DNA of 24,153 bases, taken from contig JAWBTW010000011.1 of assembly GCA_039000165.1 (NCBI GenBank), forward strand, positions 1 through 24,153, written 5' to 3'. The notes beneath the pieces are model-generated. The model ran no database searches. It saw nothing but the letters and a program-made list of their open reading frames with translations, and was not told where the DNA came from. Made by a program: the position numbers and the translations under genes. How positions within the stretch are numbered: the first letter of the stretch is position 1; every line of letters starts with the position of its first letter. Of the stretch, positions 16,468 through 24,153 are shown in pieces. The stretch comes from Candidatus Aenigmatarchaeota archaeon (GTDB lineage: Archaea; Aenigmatarchaeota; Aenigmatarchaeia; CG10238-14; SCSR01).

Positions 16468-17772
16468 ATGGAACTCAAGCCTTTAAAAGGGACAAGAGAT
16501 TTTTTGCCGGAAGAAATGATAATAAGACAGAAAATCTTGGAAAAAGTTAAGAATACTTTTGAATTGTTTGGCTTTCAGCCTCTAGAAACTCCTGCTCTCG
16601 AATCTTGGGAAATACTTTCAGCAAAAGGTGCTGGGGGAGAAGAGATTTTAAAAGAAACTTACAACTTCAAGGATTTAGGGAAAAGAAGAGTTGGATTAAG
16701 ATATGATTTAACAGTTCCTCTGGCAAGAGTTGTTGCTTCAAACCCAAACTTGCCTTTACCTTTTAAAAGGTATCAAATTCAAAACGTTTGGCGCTACGGA
16801 GATGTTTCAAAAGGCAGGTTAAGGGAATTTTTGCAAGCAGACATTGATATAGTAGGCTCAGAAAGTATGCTCGCAGATGCTGAAGTAATTGCCTGTGCGG
16901 TTTCTTGTTTGAACTCCTTAGGATTCAAAAATTTTCTTGTAAGAATAAATAACAGGAAAATTTTGAGCGCTTTAGTTAAATTTGTTGGGATAGAAGAAGA
17001 AAAAGCTTTGGAAGTTTTTAGAAGTATAGACAAGCTTGAAAAGATTGGTGAAGAAAAAGTAAAGAAAGAACTGGAAGAAAAGGGAATTTCTCAAGACTCT
17101 ATCAAAAAAGTTTTTGATTTTATAAAAATAGATGAAACTCCAGAAAAAGTTTTTGAAAAGATTAAAGATTTAAGCTTTGATGAAGGGAAAGAAGGAATAG
17201 AAGAACTGAAAGAAATCGTTTTTTATCTTAAGGAAATGGGAACTGATGCAAAAATTAAAATTGATTTAAGCTTGGCAAGAGGCTTGGATTATTATACTGG
17301 TCCTATTTTCGAGATTTCTGCTGAAAAAGAAATAGGAAGCATAGCCGGAGGAGGAAGGTACGATAAGCTAATAGGAATATTCGCAAAGAAGGAAATTCCA
17401 GCGACAGGAATCAGCTTAGGGATTGAAAGAATAATTGAGGTTATGAAAAAAAGGAAAATGATTGAGGAAAAAAAGTGTAAAACTAAAGTTTTTGTCGCAA
17501 CAATCAACAAAGAAATTCTCAAAAAATCTTTACCTCTAATCCAAAAGTTGAGAGAAAATGGAATAAAAACTGACTTTGACTTGAGGGAAAGAAGTTTAAC
17601 TAGACAATTAGAGTATGCAAACTCTTTGGGAATTCCTTTTGTCTTGATTTTAGGGGAAAAAGAGCTTAAAGAGAAAAAGTTCAGGCTAAGGCTTATGGAA
17701 AAAAAGATTGAAAAAGAGCTTAGCTTTGATGAAGTGATTAGAATTTTAAGAGAACCTCAAGAAAATTCTTGA
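16468..17772 (+). CDS. hisS: Histidyl-tRNA synthetase
   Basis: KGTRDF, LRYDLTVP, GRLREFLQADIDIVG, ARGLDYYTG, GGGRYD, GISLGIER and a C-terminal anticodon-binding domain. Confidence 0.98.
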   Translation: MELKPLKGTRDFLPEEMIIRQKILEKVKNTFELFGFQPLETPALESWEILSAKGAGGEEILKETYNFKDLGKRRVGLRYDLTVPLARVVASNPNLPLPFKRYQIQNVWRYGDVSKGRLREFLQADIDIVGSESMLADAEVIACAVSCLNSLGFKNFLVRINNRKILSALVKFVGIEEEKALEVFRSIDKLEKIGEEKVKKELEEKGISQDSIKKVFDFIKIDETPEKVFEKIKDLSFDEGKEGIEELKEIVFYLKEMGTDAKIKIDLSLARGLDYYTGPIFEISAEKEIGSIAGGGRYDKLIGIFAKKEIPATGISLGIERIIEVMKKRKMIEEKKCKTKVFVATINKEILKKSLPLIQKLRENGIKTDFDLRERSLTRQLEYANSLGIPFVLILGEKELKEKKFRLRLMEKKIEKELSFDEVIRILREPQENS

Positions 17773-17864
17773 AAAAAATGTAGCTTTTGAAAAATTTTCC
17801 TTTAAATTTTATAGCTTTTGAGAAATGAAATAGAGAAAAGTACAAAAATTTAAGGATTAGTTTT

Positions 17865-17969
17865 TTATTCAGTTGTGAATTCTAAAATAACCAAACCACA
17901 TTTTTTACAAACAATCTCGCTCGATTTTTTCTCCAGCTTCTCGCTTCCGCACTCTGGGCATGACTTCAT
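17865..17969 (-). CDS. Stand-alone TFIIB-type zinc-ribbon microprotein (34 aa)
   Basis: Manually translated MKSCPECGSEKLEKKSSEIVCKKCGLVILEFTTE*, matching the CPECGS...EIVCxxCGLVI pattern. Purine-rich SD upstream. Below the ORF-track cutoff. Confidence 0.85.
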   Translation of the reverse strand: MKSCPECGSEKLEKKSSEIVCKKCGLVILEFTTE

Positions 17970-18088
17970 TCCTTACCCTTAATTAAAACATTAACCAAAC
18001 TTTAAATTTTTTTCTGTTTAGTAAAAGTTATTTTTGTTACTAAAATCAAAAGTTTAAATAACCAGAAAATAATTTTAAAGAGATTAGC

Positions 18089-19888
18089 ATGGTAAAAAAG
18101 TTTGTTTTAGATACAAGCATAATAATCGATAGAAAAGTTAAGGAATTGTTGGAAAAGGAGAAAGAAGTAGAAGTAATTATTCCTTTGGCTGTTCTTGACG
18201 AATTGCAAGCTCAAGCCTCAAAAGGAAGGGAGCCTGGGTTTATTGGTTTAGATGAACTTAAAAAGTTAAGAGAATTTTGTAAGGAGAAAAACATAAAAAT
18301 AAGATTCACAGGAGAAAGACCAAGTTTAGAGGATATAAAACTTGCAAGAAGTGGAAGAATCGATGCTTTGATTAGAGATGTGGCAAAAACAGAGAAAGCA
18401 ATTTTGGTAACAGCAGATTATGTACAAGCTTTGGTAGCTGAGGCTGAAGGTTTAGAAGTACTTTATATTGCTCCAGAAGTAAAAGTTACTGGTTTAAAGT
18501 TTGAAAAATTCTTCACTCCCGACACTTTAAGCGTTCATTTGAAAGAAAAAGTTCCTCCTTTAGCGAAAAGAGGAAAACCTGGAAGGTTTGAACTTGTAAA
18601 AATAAGGGAAGAGCCTTGCACTTCTGAAGAAATAGAGGAAATAATAAGAGAAATTTCTGAAGCAACAAGGATAAGCGAAGAAGGCTATGTAGAAGTTGCA
18701 AGAGCAGGAGCAACAGTTTTGCAACTAGGAAATTACAGAATTGCAATAGCTAGACCGCCTTTTTCTGACGGTTTAGAAGTTACTATTGTAAGACCAATAG
18801 TTAAGCTTAGATTAGAAGATTATAAGCTTTCAGAAAAACTAATGCAAAGATTAAAGGAAAAGGCAGCAGGAATCTTGATCGCAGGTCCTCCTGGTTCTGG
18901 AAAAACAACTTTGGCCTCAAGCTTAGCAGAATTCTATAAAAATCAGGGGAAAATAGTTAAAGCAGTTGAAAGTCCTCGCGACCTACAAGTTGGTCCTGAA
19001 ATTACTCAGTATGGCCCTTTAGAGGGAGATTTTGAAAAAACTGCTGAGATTCTTTTGCTTGTTAGGCCTGATTATTCGATATTCGACGAAGTAAAAAAAA
19101 CAAAAGATTTCGAAATTTTTGCAGATTTAAGGTTAGCGGGAATTGGAATGATCGGCACAGTACATGCTACTGACCCAATAGATGCTATTCAAAGGTTTAT
19201 AACAAGAATTGAATTAGGAATGATTCCTCACATAATAGATACGATAATTTTTGTTAAAGATGGAGAAGTAAAAAAAGTCTACAAGCTTAGCATGGTAGTA
19301 AAAGTTCCTACTGGCATGACAGAAGCAGATTTGGCTAGGCCTGTTGTTGAAGTTAGAGATTTTGAAACTGATAAGTTAGAGTATGAAATTTACACTTATG
19401 GTGAAGAAAATGTGATAGTTCCTGTTAGCGAAAAAGAAAAAGTTTCTGCTTTAAGAAAGTTAGCAAGTGAAAGAATCTTGCAAGAAATAAGAAAGTTTGA
19501 TTCTAATGCTGAAGTTGAGTTCGTTAGTGATGAAAAAGTTTTGGTAAGGGTTGATAATGAAGTTATTCCTCGTTTGATAGGAAGGAATGGTAGTATGATT
19601 TCAAAAATAGAAGAAAAGCTTGGAATAAGCATAGAGGTTGAACCAAAAATTCCTGCCTTAGGGAAGGAAGTATTTTTCCAAATAAATGAAACTGGAAATA
19701 GTTTAGAGTTTATTTTTGATCGTAACTTAACAGGAAAACCTGCAAACTTTTATGTTGATGAAGATTTCTTGTTTTCAGCAACCATAGGTAAAAAAGGAAG
19801 TATAAAAATAACTAAAGCTTCTGAAATAGGAAAAGAATTGATGAGAGCTATAGTTTCGAAGAAAAAGATAAAAGTACTGACTTATTAA
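18089..19888 (+). CDS. PINA-like ATPase (PIN domain + PilT/VirB11-like ATPase + KH domains)
   Basis: VLDTSIIID PIN start, Walker A GPPGSGKTT, VESPRDL, FDEV, GTVHAT, KVPTGMTEADLARP, KH motif LIGRNG. Confidence 0.92.
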   Translation: MVKKFVLDTSIIIDRKVKELLEKEKEVEVIIPLAVLDELQAQASKGREPGFIGLDELKKLREFCKEKNIKIRFTGERPSLEDIKLARSGRIDALIRDVAKTEKAILVTADYVQALVAEAEGLEVLYIAPEVKVTGLKFEKFFTPDTLSVHLKEKVPPLAKRGKPGRFELVKIREEPCTSEEIEEIIREISEATRISEEGYVEVARAGATVLQLGNYRIAIARPPFSDGLEVTIVRPIVKLRLEDYKLSEKLMQRLKEKAAGILIAGPPGSGKTTLASSLAEFYKNQGKIVKAVESPRDLQVGPEITQYGPLEGDFEKTAEILLLVRPDYSIFDEVKKTKDFEIFADLRLAGIGMIGTVHATDPIDAIQRFITRIELGMIPHIIDTIIFVKDGEVKKVYKLSMVVKVPTGMTEADLARPVVEVRDFETDKLEYEIYTYGEENVIVPVSEKEKVSALRKLASERILQEIRKFDSNAEVEFVSDEKVLVRVDNEVIPRLIGRNGSMISKIEEKLGISIEVEPKIPALGKEVFFQINETGNSLEFIFDRNLTGKPANFYVDEDFLFSATIGKKGSIKITKASEIGKELMRAIVSKKKIKVLTY

Positions 19889-19901
19889 ATTTTAGTAGGG
19901 A

Positions 19902-20456
19902 TTGATTATCAAAAAATTAGGAAACTTTGAGATTCTCTTGCTTTCAACTTCCATTGCTAGTTTCGCAAGTGGTTTGATAGGACCGTTTTATGTATTATAC
20001 ATCAACAAGCTGGGTGGGGCTATAGAAAACTTTGGAATCGCTTATGGTTTACTTATTTTAACTAACTCTTTAGCTTCTTACTTTAGTGGTAAATACTCGG
20101 ATAGGCTGGGGAGAAAGATGTTTTTAATAGCAAGTAATATCGCCTCTGCAATCATAATTCTCTTTTATTTGTTTGTTTCAGCTTTATGGCATCTGTTTTT
20201 TCTCCAAATTTTAAATGGTTTAATTAACGCAATGTGGAATGTCGCAGAGACAACATTCCTTGCAGACATTACAAAAAAGAAAACGAGAGGTTTAATGGTA
20301 GGAAAATATCGCGGTGTAATTGGTTTACTTACAGGAATTGCGGTAATGGTAAGTGGAATGATAATCGGAAAGTTTGGATTTGAGCTAATGTTTTATATCT
20401 ACTCCTTTATCGTTGGAATTTCTACCTTACCTTTATTTTTTATAGAAGAGAAGTAG
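19902..20456 (+). CDS. Half-size MFS transporter (about 6 TM)
   Basis: MFS motif A GKYSDRLGRK, ADIT...RG...G, six hydrophobic segments. The TTG start is uncertain. Confidence 0.8.
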   Translation: MIIKKLGNFEILLLSTSIASFASGLIGPFYVLYINKLGGAIENFGIAYGLLILTNSLASYFSGKYSDRLGRKMFLIASNIASAIIILFYLFVSALWHLFFLQILNGLINAMWNVAETTFLADITKKKTRGLMVGKYRGVIGLLTGIAVMVSGMIIGKFGFELMFYIYSFIVGISTLPLFFIEEK

Positions 20457-21203
20457 TTAAACTTCGATTTCCAGCAATTTAGACTTTGTTAAAATTCTTA
20501 CTCCTTTTCTAGTTAGTAAAGCATCGTTCTCTATCCTACAACCTGAAATTCCTTTAACATAAATCCCTGGCTCTATAGTAAAAACCATGCCTGGTTGAAA
20601 ACTTATTTTTTTGATTTTTTCCCACTTCCTTTTTAACTTTTCTTTCTTTTTCTTGCTCATTTTTTTCCTAAAGTTTGGTTTCCCTATTGTTGGTAATTCA
20701 TGAATTTTTTTACCAAGACCATGACCTAAGGAATGACCAAGCTTGAAACCTTTTTTTCTCAAAAAAGAGTTTACTTTTTCATGCAATTTCCAACAAGGCA
20801 TTCCTACCTTTATCGATTTTATCGCAATTTCATAAGCCTTTAAAGTTGCTTCAACTATTTCTCTTTCTTTTTTACTTATTTTTCCTTTTATAAAAGGAAC
20901 TGTCACATCAGATTTGTAACCTTTATAACAAGCTCCAAAATCAACATAACCTAAACCTTTTATTATTTTATTAGTTGCTCTCGGCTTAGGATGAATTTTT
21001 GCTGCTCTTTTACCACAAGCAACTATTGTTCTAAAAGAGAGAGTTGCCCCTTGCTTTCTTATGTTTCTTTCTATTTTTTTCCTCAACTCTTTTTCTGTAA
21101 TTTTTTCTTTTAAAGATCTTTCTATGATTTTTAAACAAGAATTAGAGATTTCACAAGCTTTCTTTATAAGTTGAATTTCCTTACCTTTTTTAATTATGCC
21201 CAT
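20457..21203 (-). CDS. M24-family (Xaa-Pro/prolidase-like) metallopeptidase, catalytic domain only
   Basis: Metal ligands VDFG, SDVT, HSLGHGLG...HE, TIEPGIY and GCRIEND are all present. No N-terminal creatinase-like domain. Confidence 0.9.
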   Translation of the reverse strand: MGIIKKGKEIQLIKKACEISNSCLKIIERSLKEKITEKELRKKIERNIRKQGATLSFRTIVACGKRAAKIHPKPRATNKIIKGLGYVDFGACYKGYKSDVTVPFIKGKISKKEREIVEATLKAYEIAIKSIKVGMPCWKLHEKVNSFLRKKGFKLGHSLGHGLGKKIHELPTIGKPNFRKKMSKKKKEKLKRKWEKIKKISFQPGMVFTIEPGIYVKGISGCRIENDALLTRKGVRILTKSKLLEIEV

Positions 21204-21298
21204 GAGTAGATACCGTTTATTCTCCTCAATTTTCTAATCTCCTTTATAGAAATTGGACGATTTTCTGGAAGTGCTACTTTATTCAAATAACTTTCCAT
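21194..21298 (-). CDS. Candidate 34-aa micro-ORF between the two peptidases
   Basis: MESYLNKVALPENRPISIKEIRKLRRINGIYSWA* fills an otherwise 119-bp gap in a genome with tiny spacers and overlaps the downstream start by 10 nt. Confidence 0.45.
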   Translation of the reverse strand: MESYLNKVALPENRPISIKEIRKLRRINGIYSWA

Positions 21299-21322
21299 AC
21301 CAATTTTATTTCTTAATTAAAA

Positions 21323-22426
21323 TTAAAAAACATTCCCATTTTTCATCACAAGTTTTTTATCAGCATATACAAAGCTATTCTTCATATCCTTAAAGAAATC
21401 CCAGTGAATAGTGGAATCATTTTTTCCGCCAAAGTGCCTATTTCTACCTATTGCTAAATGAACAGTCCCTCTAACTTTTTCGTCAACTATTATTAGTCCA
21501 CCAGTAATTTTTGCTTTCGGGTTTGTTCCTATAGCAAATTCTGCTATTCTATCCTTATCACCAGAAGCATTTTCTAAAACCTCTTCAAAACTTTTCTTCC
21601 CTTTTTTTATATCATATTCCACAACCCTTCCATTTTCAAACCTGAACCAAACTCCTTCTACCTGCTTACCATAATGCCACATACACGGCAAATCAAAATA
21701 AATTTCGCCGTTAGCTGAATTTTCAACAGGAGCACAAAAAACTTCTCCTTCTGGCAAGTTAATGTAGCCAAAATTCTCTTTCTCAATTATTCCACAAGAA
21801 TTTATGAAATTTCTTCCCTTGATTGAAAATTTCAAGTCAGTTTGCTCGCCAACTATTCTAATTTCCTTTGCATTCTGCAATTTTTTGATTAGCATTCTAT
21901 TATACTCATAAAGCTTGTAATAATTGATTTTCATAGAATCCCAGAAAATTTTTTCTAAAGTTTTAAACGGAATTTTTAAGGCTTTAGCTACTTCTTTGTT
22001 TGGAAAGCCTATCAAAGCAGTTCTAAGCTCTTTTTTCATTTCTCTTCTTTCTTTCCTCTCTCTTATAGGCTTAGTTACTTTCCTTCTTATCTCGATTTTC
22101 TTCTGAGGTAATTGTCCTGCAATAAAAGGGTTTGTATCCTCTATTATTATTTCAACATTAGCAATTCTTGATAAAACGTCAGCAAGCCTAGGAAAATTTT
22201 TCAAGTACTTTATTTTTATCGAGTTGTAAGTTTTAAGTGCTAATTCATCGCTCCCGTAAAAAATTGCTGGTTGAGCTCCAACCTTAGAAGCCTCTAAAGC
22301 CAAAGCTTCAGCAAACTTTAAAGATTTTGGACCAGCGTTTATTATTGTAATATCTTTCTCTTTTACACCAAGATTAATTCTAATTATTGTTCTTGCTATT
22401 CTTTGGAGTTCTTCTTCGCGCAGCAT
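21323..22426 (-). CDS. M29-family aminopeptidase (AmpS/AmpT type)
   Basis: NLPEGEVFCAP, IAEFAIGTN, DEKVRGTVHLAIG and NDSTIHWD motifs. Confidence 0.93.
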   Translation of the reverse strand: MLREEELQRIARTIIRINLGVKEKDITIINAGPKSLKFAEALALEASKVGAQPAIFYGSDELALKTYNSIKIKYLKNFPRLADVLSRIANVEIIIEDTNPFIAGQLPQKKIEIRRKVTKPIRERKERREMKKELRTALIGFPNKEVAKALKIPFKTLEKIFWDSMKINYYKLYEYNRMLIKKLQNAKEIRIVGEQTDLKFSIKGRNFINSCGIIEKENFGYINLPEGEVFCAPVENSANGEIYFDLPCMWHYGKQVEGVWFRFENGRVVEYDIKKGKKSFEEVLENASGDKDRIAEFAIGTNPKAKITGGLIIVDEKVRGTVHLAIGRNRHFGGKNDSTIHWDFFKDMKNSFVYADKKLVMKNGNVF

Positions 22427-22463
22427 ATTAATAATTTAAAACAGAGAATAATTTAATAGTTAA

Positions 22464-22563
22464 GCCCCTGTAGCTCAGTTTGGACAGAGCAGCGGCTTAA
22501 GTATAGTTTAATGAGCTGCCGAACCTAAGCCGATGGTCGAGGGTTCAAATCCCTCCAGGGGCA
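22464..22563 (+). tRNA. tRNA-Arg(CCU) with a 25-nt intron (22499-22523) at position 33/34
   Basis: Acceptor GCCCCTG/CAGGGGC plus A73, D loop with the Arg identity base A20, T arm GAGGG-TTCAAAT-CCCTC. Removing 22499-22523 gives the loop TT-CCT-AA. Strict BHB with central helix CGGC/GCCG and bulges TT^A and AA^C. Confidence 0.92.
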
Positions 22564-23112
22564 TTAGTATTTTTTGAAGGTAGAAAAAACTATAACAAGC
22601 TCTCTTTCTAAAGGCAAACCAAAAAGTTTGAAGAGCTCGTTAGAAAGAAAATCAAGAGAAGCTTTGCAGCTACATCTTGCGTAGATATTAAAAGGCTTGC
22701 TATTTTTCACCACATAAACTTCTTTTAACCATTCCCTCTCGATAAGGGGAAGAGAAAAACTTGAAACGTTAGCTAAAAACCATATTTTTTCGTCTTCTAA
22801 AACTTCTTCTGACTTTATTGTTTTATAAATTTCCTTTATTCTGAACAAGCTTTTTCCCAACTTCTCCAATAGTCTTAAGTTTTCTTTCCCCTTTTCTGTT
22901 GCTTTCGAATAAGCTTCCATTTTTGCCATAAGTAAAGCTTTCGTTAACTTTTCTTCAGAAATCTTGCTGAATTTTCCTATCCCATCCCGCAAGTAACCAC
23001 TAGTTGAGTCAAAGTAAACGCATTCCTCTATTTTTGCTAAATTTTCGATTAAAGGAAAGTCTGGTTCGCTGTAAGCTACTTCTACTATATAATCCTTAAG
23101 TTTGCTTCCCAC
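22564..23112 (-). CDS. Hypothetical protein
   Basis: 182-aa ORF with GTG start; its stop directly abuts the tRNA 3' end. No family recognised. Confidence 0.65.
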   Translation of the reverse strand: MGSKLKDYIVEVAYSEPDFPLIENLAKIEECVYFDSTSGYLRDGIGKFSKISEEKLTKALLMAKMEAYSKATEKGKENLRLLEKLGKSLFRIKEIYKTIKSEEVLEDEKIWFLANVSSFSLPLIEREWLKEVYVVKNSKPFNIYARCSCKASLDFLSNELFKLFGLPLERELVIVFSTFKKY

Positions 23113-23162
23113 AATTAACTGATTAAACCAAAAATATTAAACTTTTAAGTTCAAAAGTTCAA

Positions 23163-23648
23163 ATGAAAATTATGCTGCCTTTAATAGTTGGAGTCCTTCT
23201 TTTACTAATAGCTGTATATATAGGAATAAAAATTCTAAAAAACATAATCCTAGGAATAATTCTTATTTTCTTGGTTCTTTTTGGCTCATTTCTTATCTTT
23301 GGTTCCATTCCAAACTTAAGAGAAATTCCTTTTATTGGGCAGTTTCTTCCTTCAATTTCAGGGCCTCAAGACGTTATTTTAGCGATAAAAAACATTCTTT
23401 ATAGCATAGAAGTTGTTGATGTTAGCAGAGATTCTCAAAACAATTTACTTATCGCAATAGCTAATACAGGAAAGTTAGAAGTTTCCCAAATAAAAGTTTT
23501 TATTGACAATCAAAGCGTGAAAATACTTAACAGTCCAAAAGACCCTTTAAAATCTGGAGAAATTACTCTTATCCAAACAGATTGGAACCAAACTTTTTCT
23601 GAAATTTTAGTCCAAACAAAACAAGTGAACGCAACCTACAAAAGCTAA
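23163..23648 (+). CDS. Hypothetical membrane protein (2 N-terminal TMs plus an Ig/CARDB-like beta domain)
   Basis: Hydrophobic N-terminus, then IAIANTGK...IKVFID...LKSGE pattern. Confidence 0.7.
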   Translation: MKIMLPLIVGVLLLLIAVYIGIKILKNIILGIILIFLVLFGSFLIFGSIPNLREIPFIGQFLPSISGPQDVILAIKNILYSIEVVDVSRDSQNNLLIAIANTGKLEVSQIKVFIDNQSVKILNSPKDPLKSGEITLIQTDWNQTFSEILVQTKQVNATYKS

Positions 23649-23686
23649 CAATAATTTTATAAAAAACCAAATTATAAGAAGAGAAA

Positions 23687-24153
23687 ATGAAAAAATTTTT
23701 AATTTTTTGCTTTGCAGCAATACTTTTTTTAATCTTGTTAGAAGTTAGTTTTTCTTCATTTAGCACAAGTGGAGAGTTTGATGTTAAAGCTTATGTTAGG
23801 CTAAGCCTTGATAATTACTTCACAGAAAACATTTCAGTAAACAATACTAAAGAGTATAATATTTCTGTAACTTTTGATAATTCTTCTGCTCTTGAGTTTC
23901 TCTACGGTCCTTTCAATCTTTTATTTTTACTTGTAGTCAATGACACAGGGGATTTTTCAAATGAAAATTACGTTACAAACAATTCATTAGTTAATTTTAC
24001 TTTGATAGCATACTGTAATCAAACTTGCCTCCCTGGGAAATATAAAAGCAACTTCACAGTTTACAATTCAACAAATTCGACAGAAAACACAACGATAGAG
24101 GTAGAAGTTGATTGGCCCATTTTTGTTAACGAAAATGGAACAGGTTATTTCAT
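23687..24153 (+). CDS. Secreted/cell-surface glycoprotein, 3'-truncated by the window
   Basis: ATG 23687, signal peptide MKKFLIFCFAAILFLILLEVSFS, frame open to the window end, 13 N-x-S/T sequons in 155 codons. Absent from the ORF track because it has no stop. Confidence 0.85.
   Translation, partial: MKKFLIFCFAAILFLILLEVSFSSFSTSGEFDVKAYVRLSLDNYFTENISVNNTKEYNISVTFDNSSALEFLYGPFNLLFLLVVNDTGDFSNENYVTNNSLVNFTLIAYCNQTCLPGKYKSNFTVYNSTNSTENTTIEVEVDWPIFVNENGTGYF

Noticed and set aside
17781..17826. Repeat TAGCTTTTGA(A/G)AAAT twice, 31 bp apart, after hisS
   Set aside because: Only two short AT-rich copies. Not CRISPR-like and plausibly part of a convergent terminator region or chance.
18089..19888. 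Type IV pilus/secretion ATPase call
   Set aside because: The PIN and KH domains and the absence of pilus genes fit the PINA family instead.
22497..22502. Reading the second tRNA as Leu (UAA/AAG) with a canonical 37/38 intron
   Set aside because: Short variable loop, no purine at 37, Arg identity base A20, and a strict BHB only for the 33/34 junction giving CCU.
5..23766. Numerous 60-112 aa antisense or alternate-frame ORFs in the track (e.g. 5..226, 6009..6347, 16794..17033, 23569..23766)
   Set aside because: They are shadows of well-supported genes, with the Phe/Ser/Leu-rich composition expected from the reverse complement of Lys/Glu-rich coding DNA.

Overview
AT-rich, very compact archaeal chromosome segment. 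The gene content (archaeal-type LeuRS/IleRS, PINA ATPase, BHB-intron tRNA, TFIIB-type Zn ribbon, wHTH-MNT/HEPN pair, near-zero intergenic spacing) suggests a DPANN-type lineage; this is inference. It encodes four aminoacyl-tRNA synthetases (leuS 5'-truncated, short-form alaS, ileS, hisS), purF with a GMP synthase ATPPase subunit, two peptidases, several membrane and hypothetical proteins, and two tRNAs. Main signals: (1) an AbrB/MraZ-like ORF reads without a stop straight through tRNA-His on the same strand, upstream of hisS; (2) a ~30-nt GC-richer leader motif or micro-ORF (M-x-x-K-R followed by the cognate Ile or His codon) is shared by the ileS leader and the AbrB/tRNA-His/hisS leader; (3) an MNT-HEPN toxin-antitoxin cassette is flanked by a perfect 33-bp direct repeat and carries a perfect 26-bp dif-like palindrome; (4) tRNA-Arg(CCU) has a 25-nt intron at non-canonical position 33/34; (5) there are unannotated micro-ORFs, including a stand-alone 34-aa TFIIB-type zinc ribbon.
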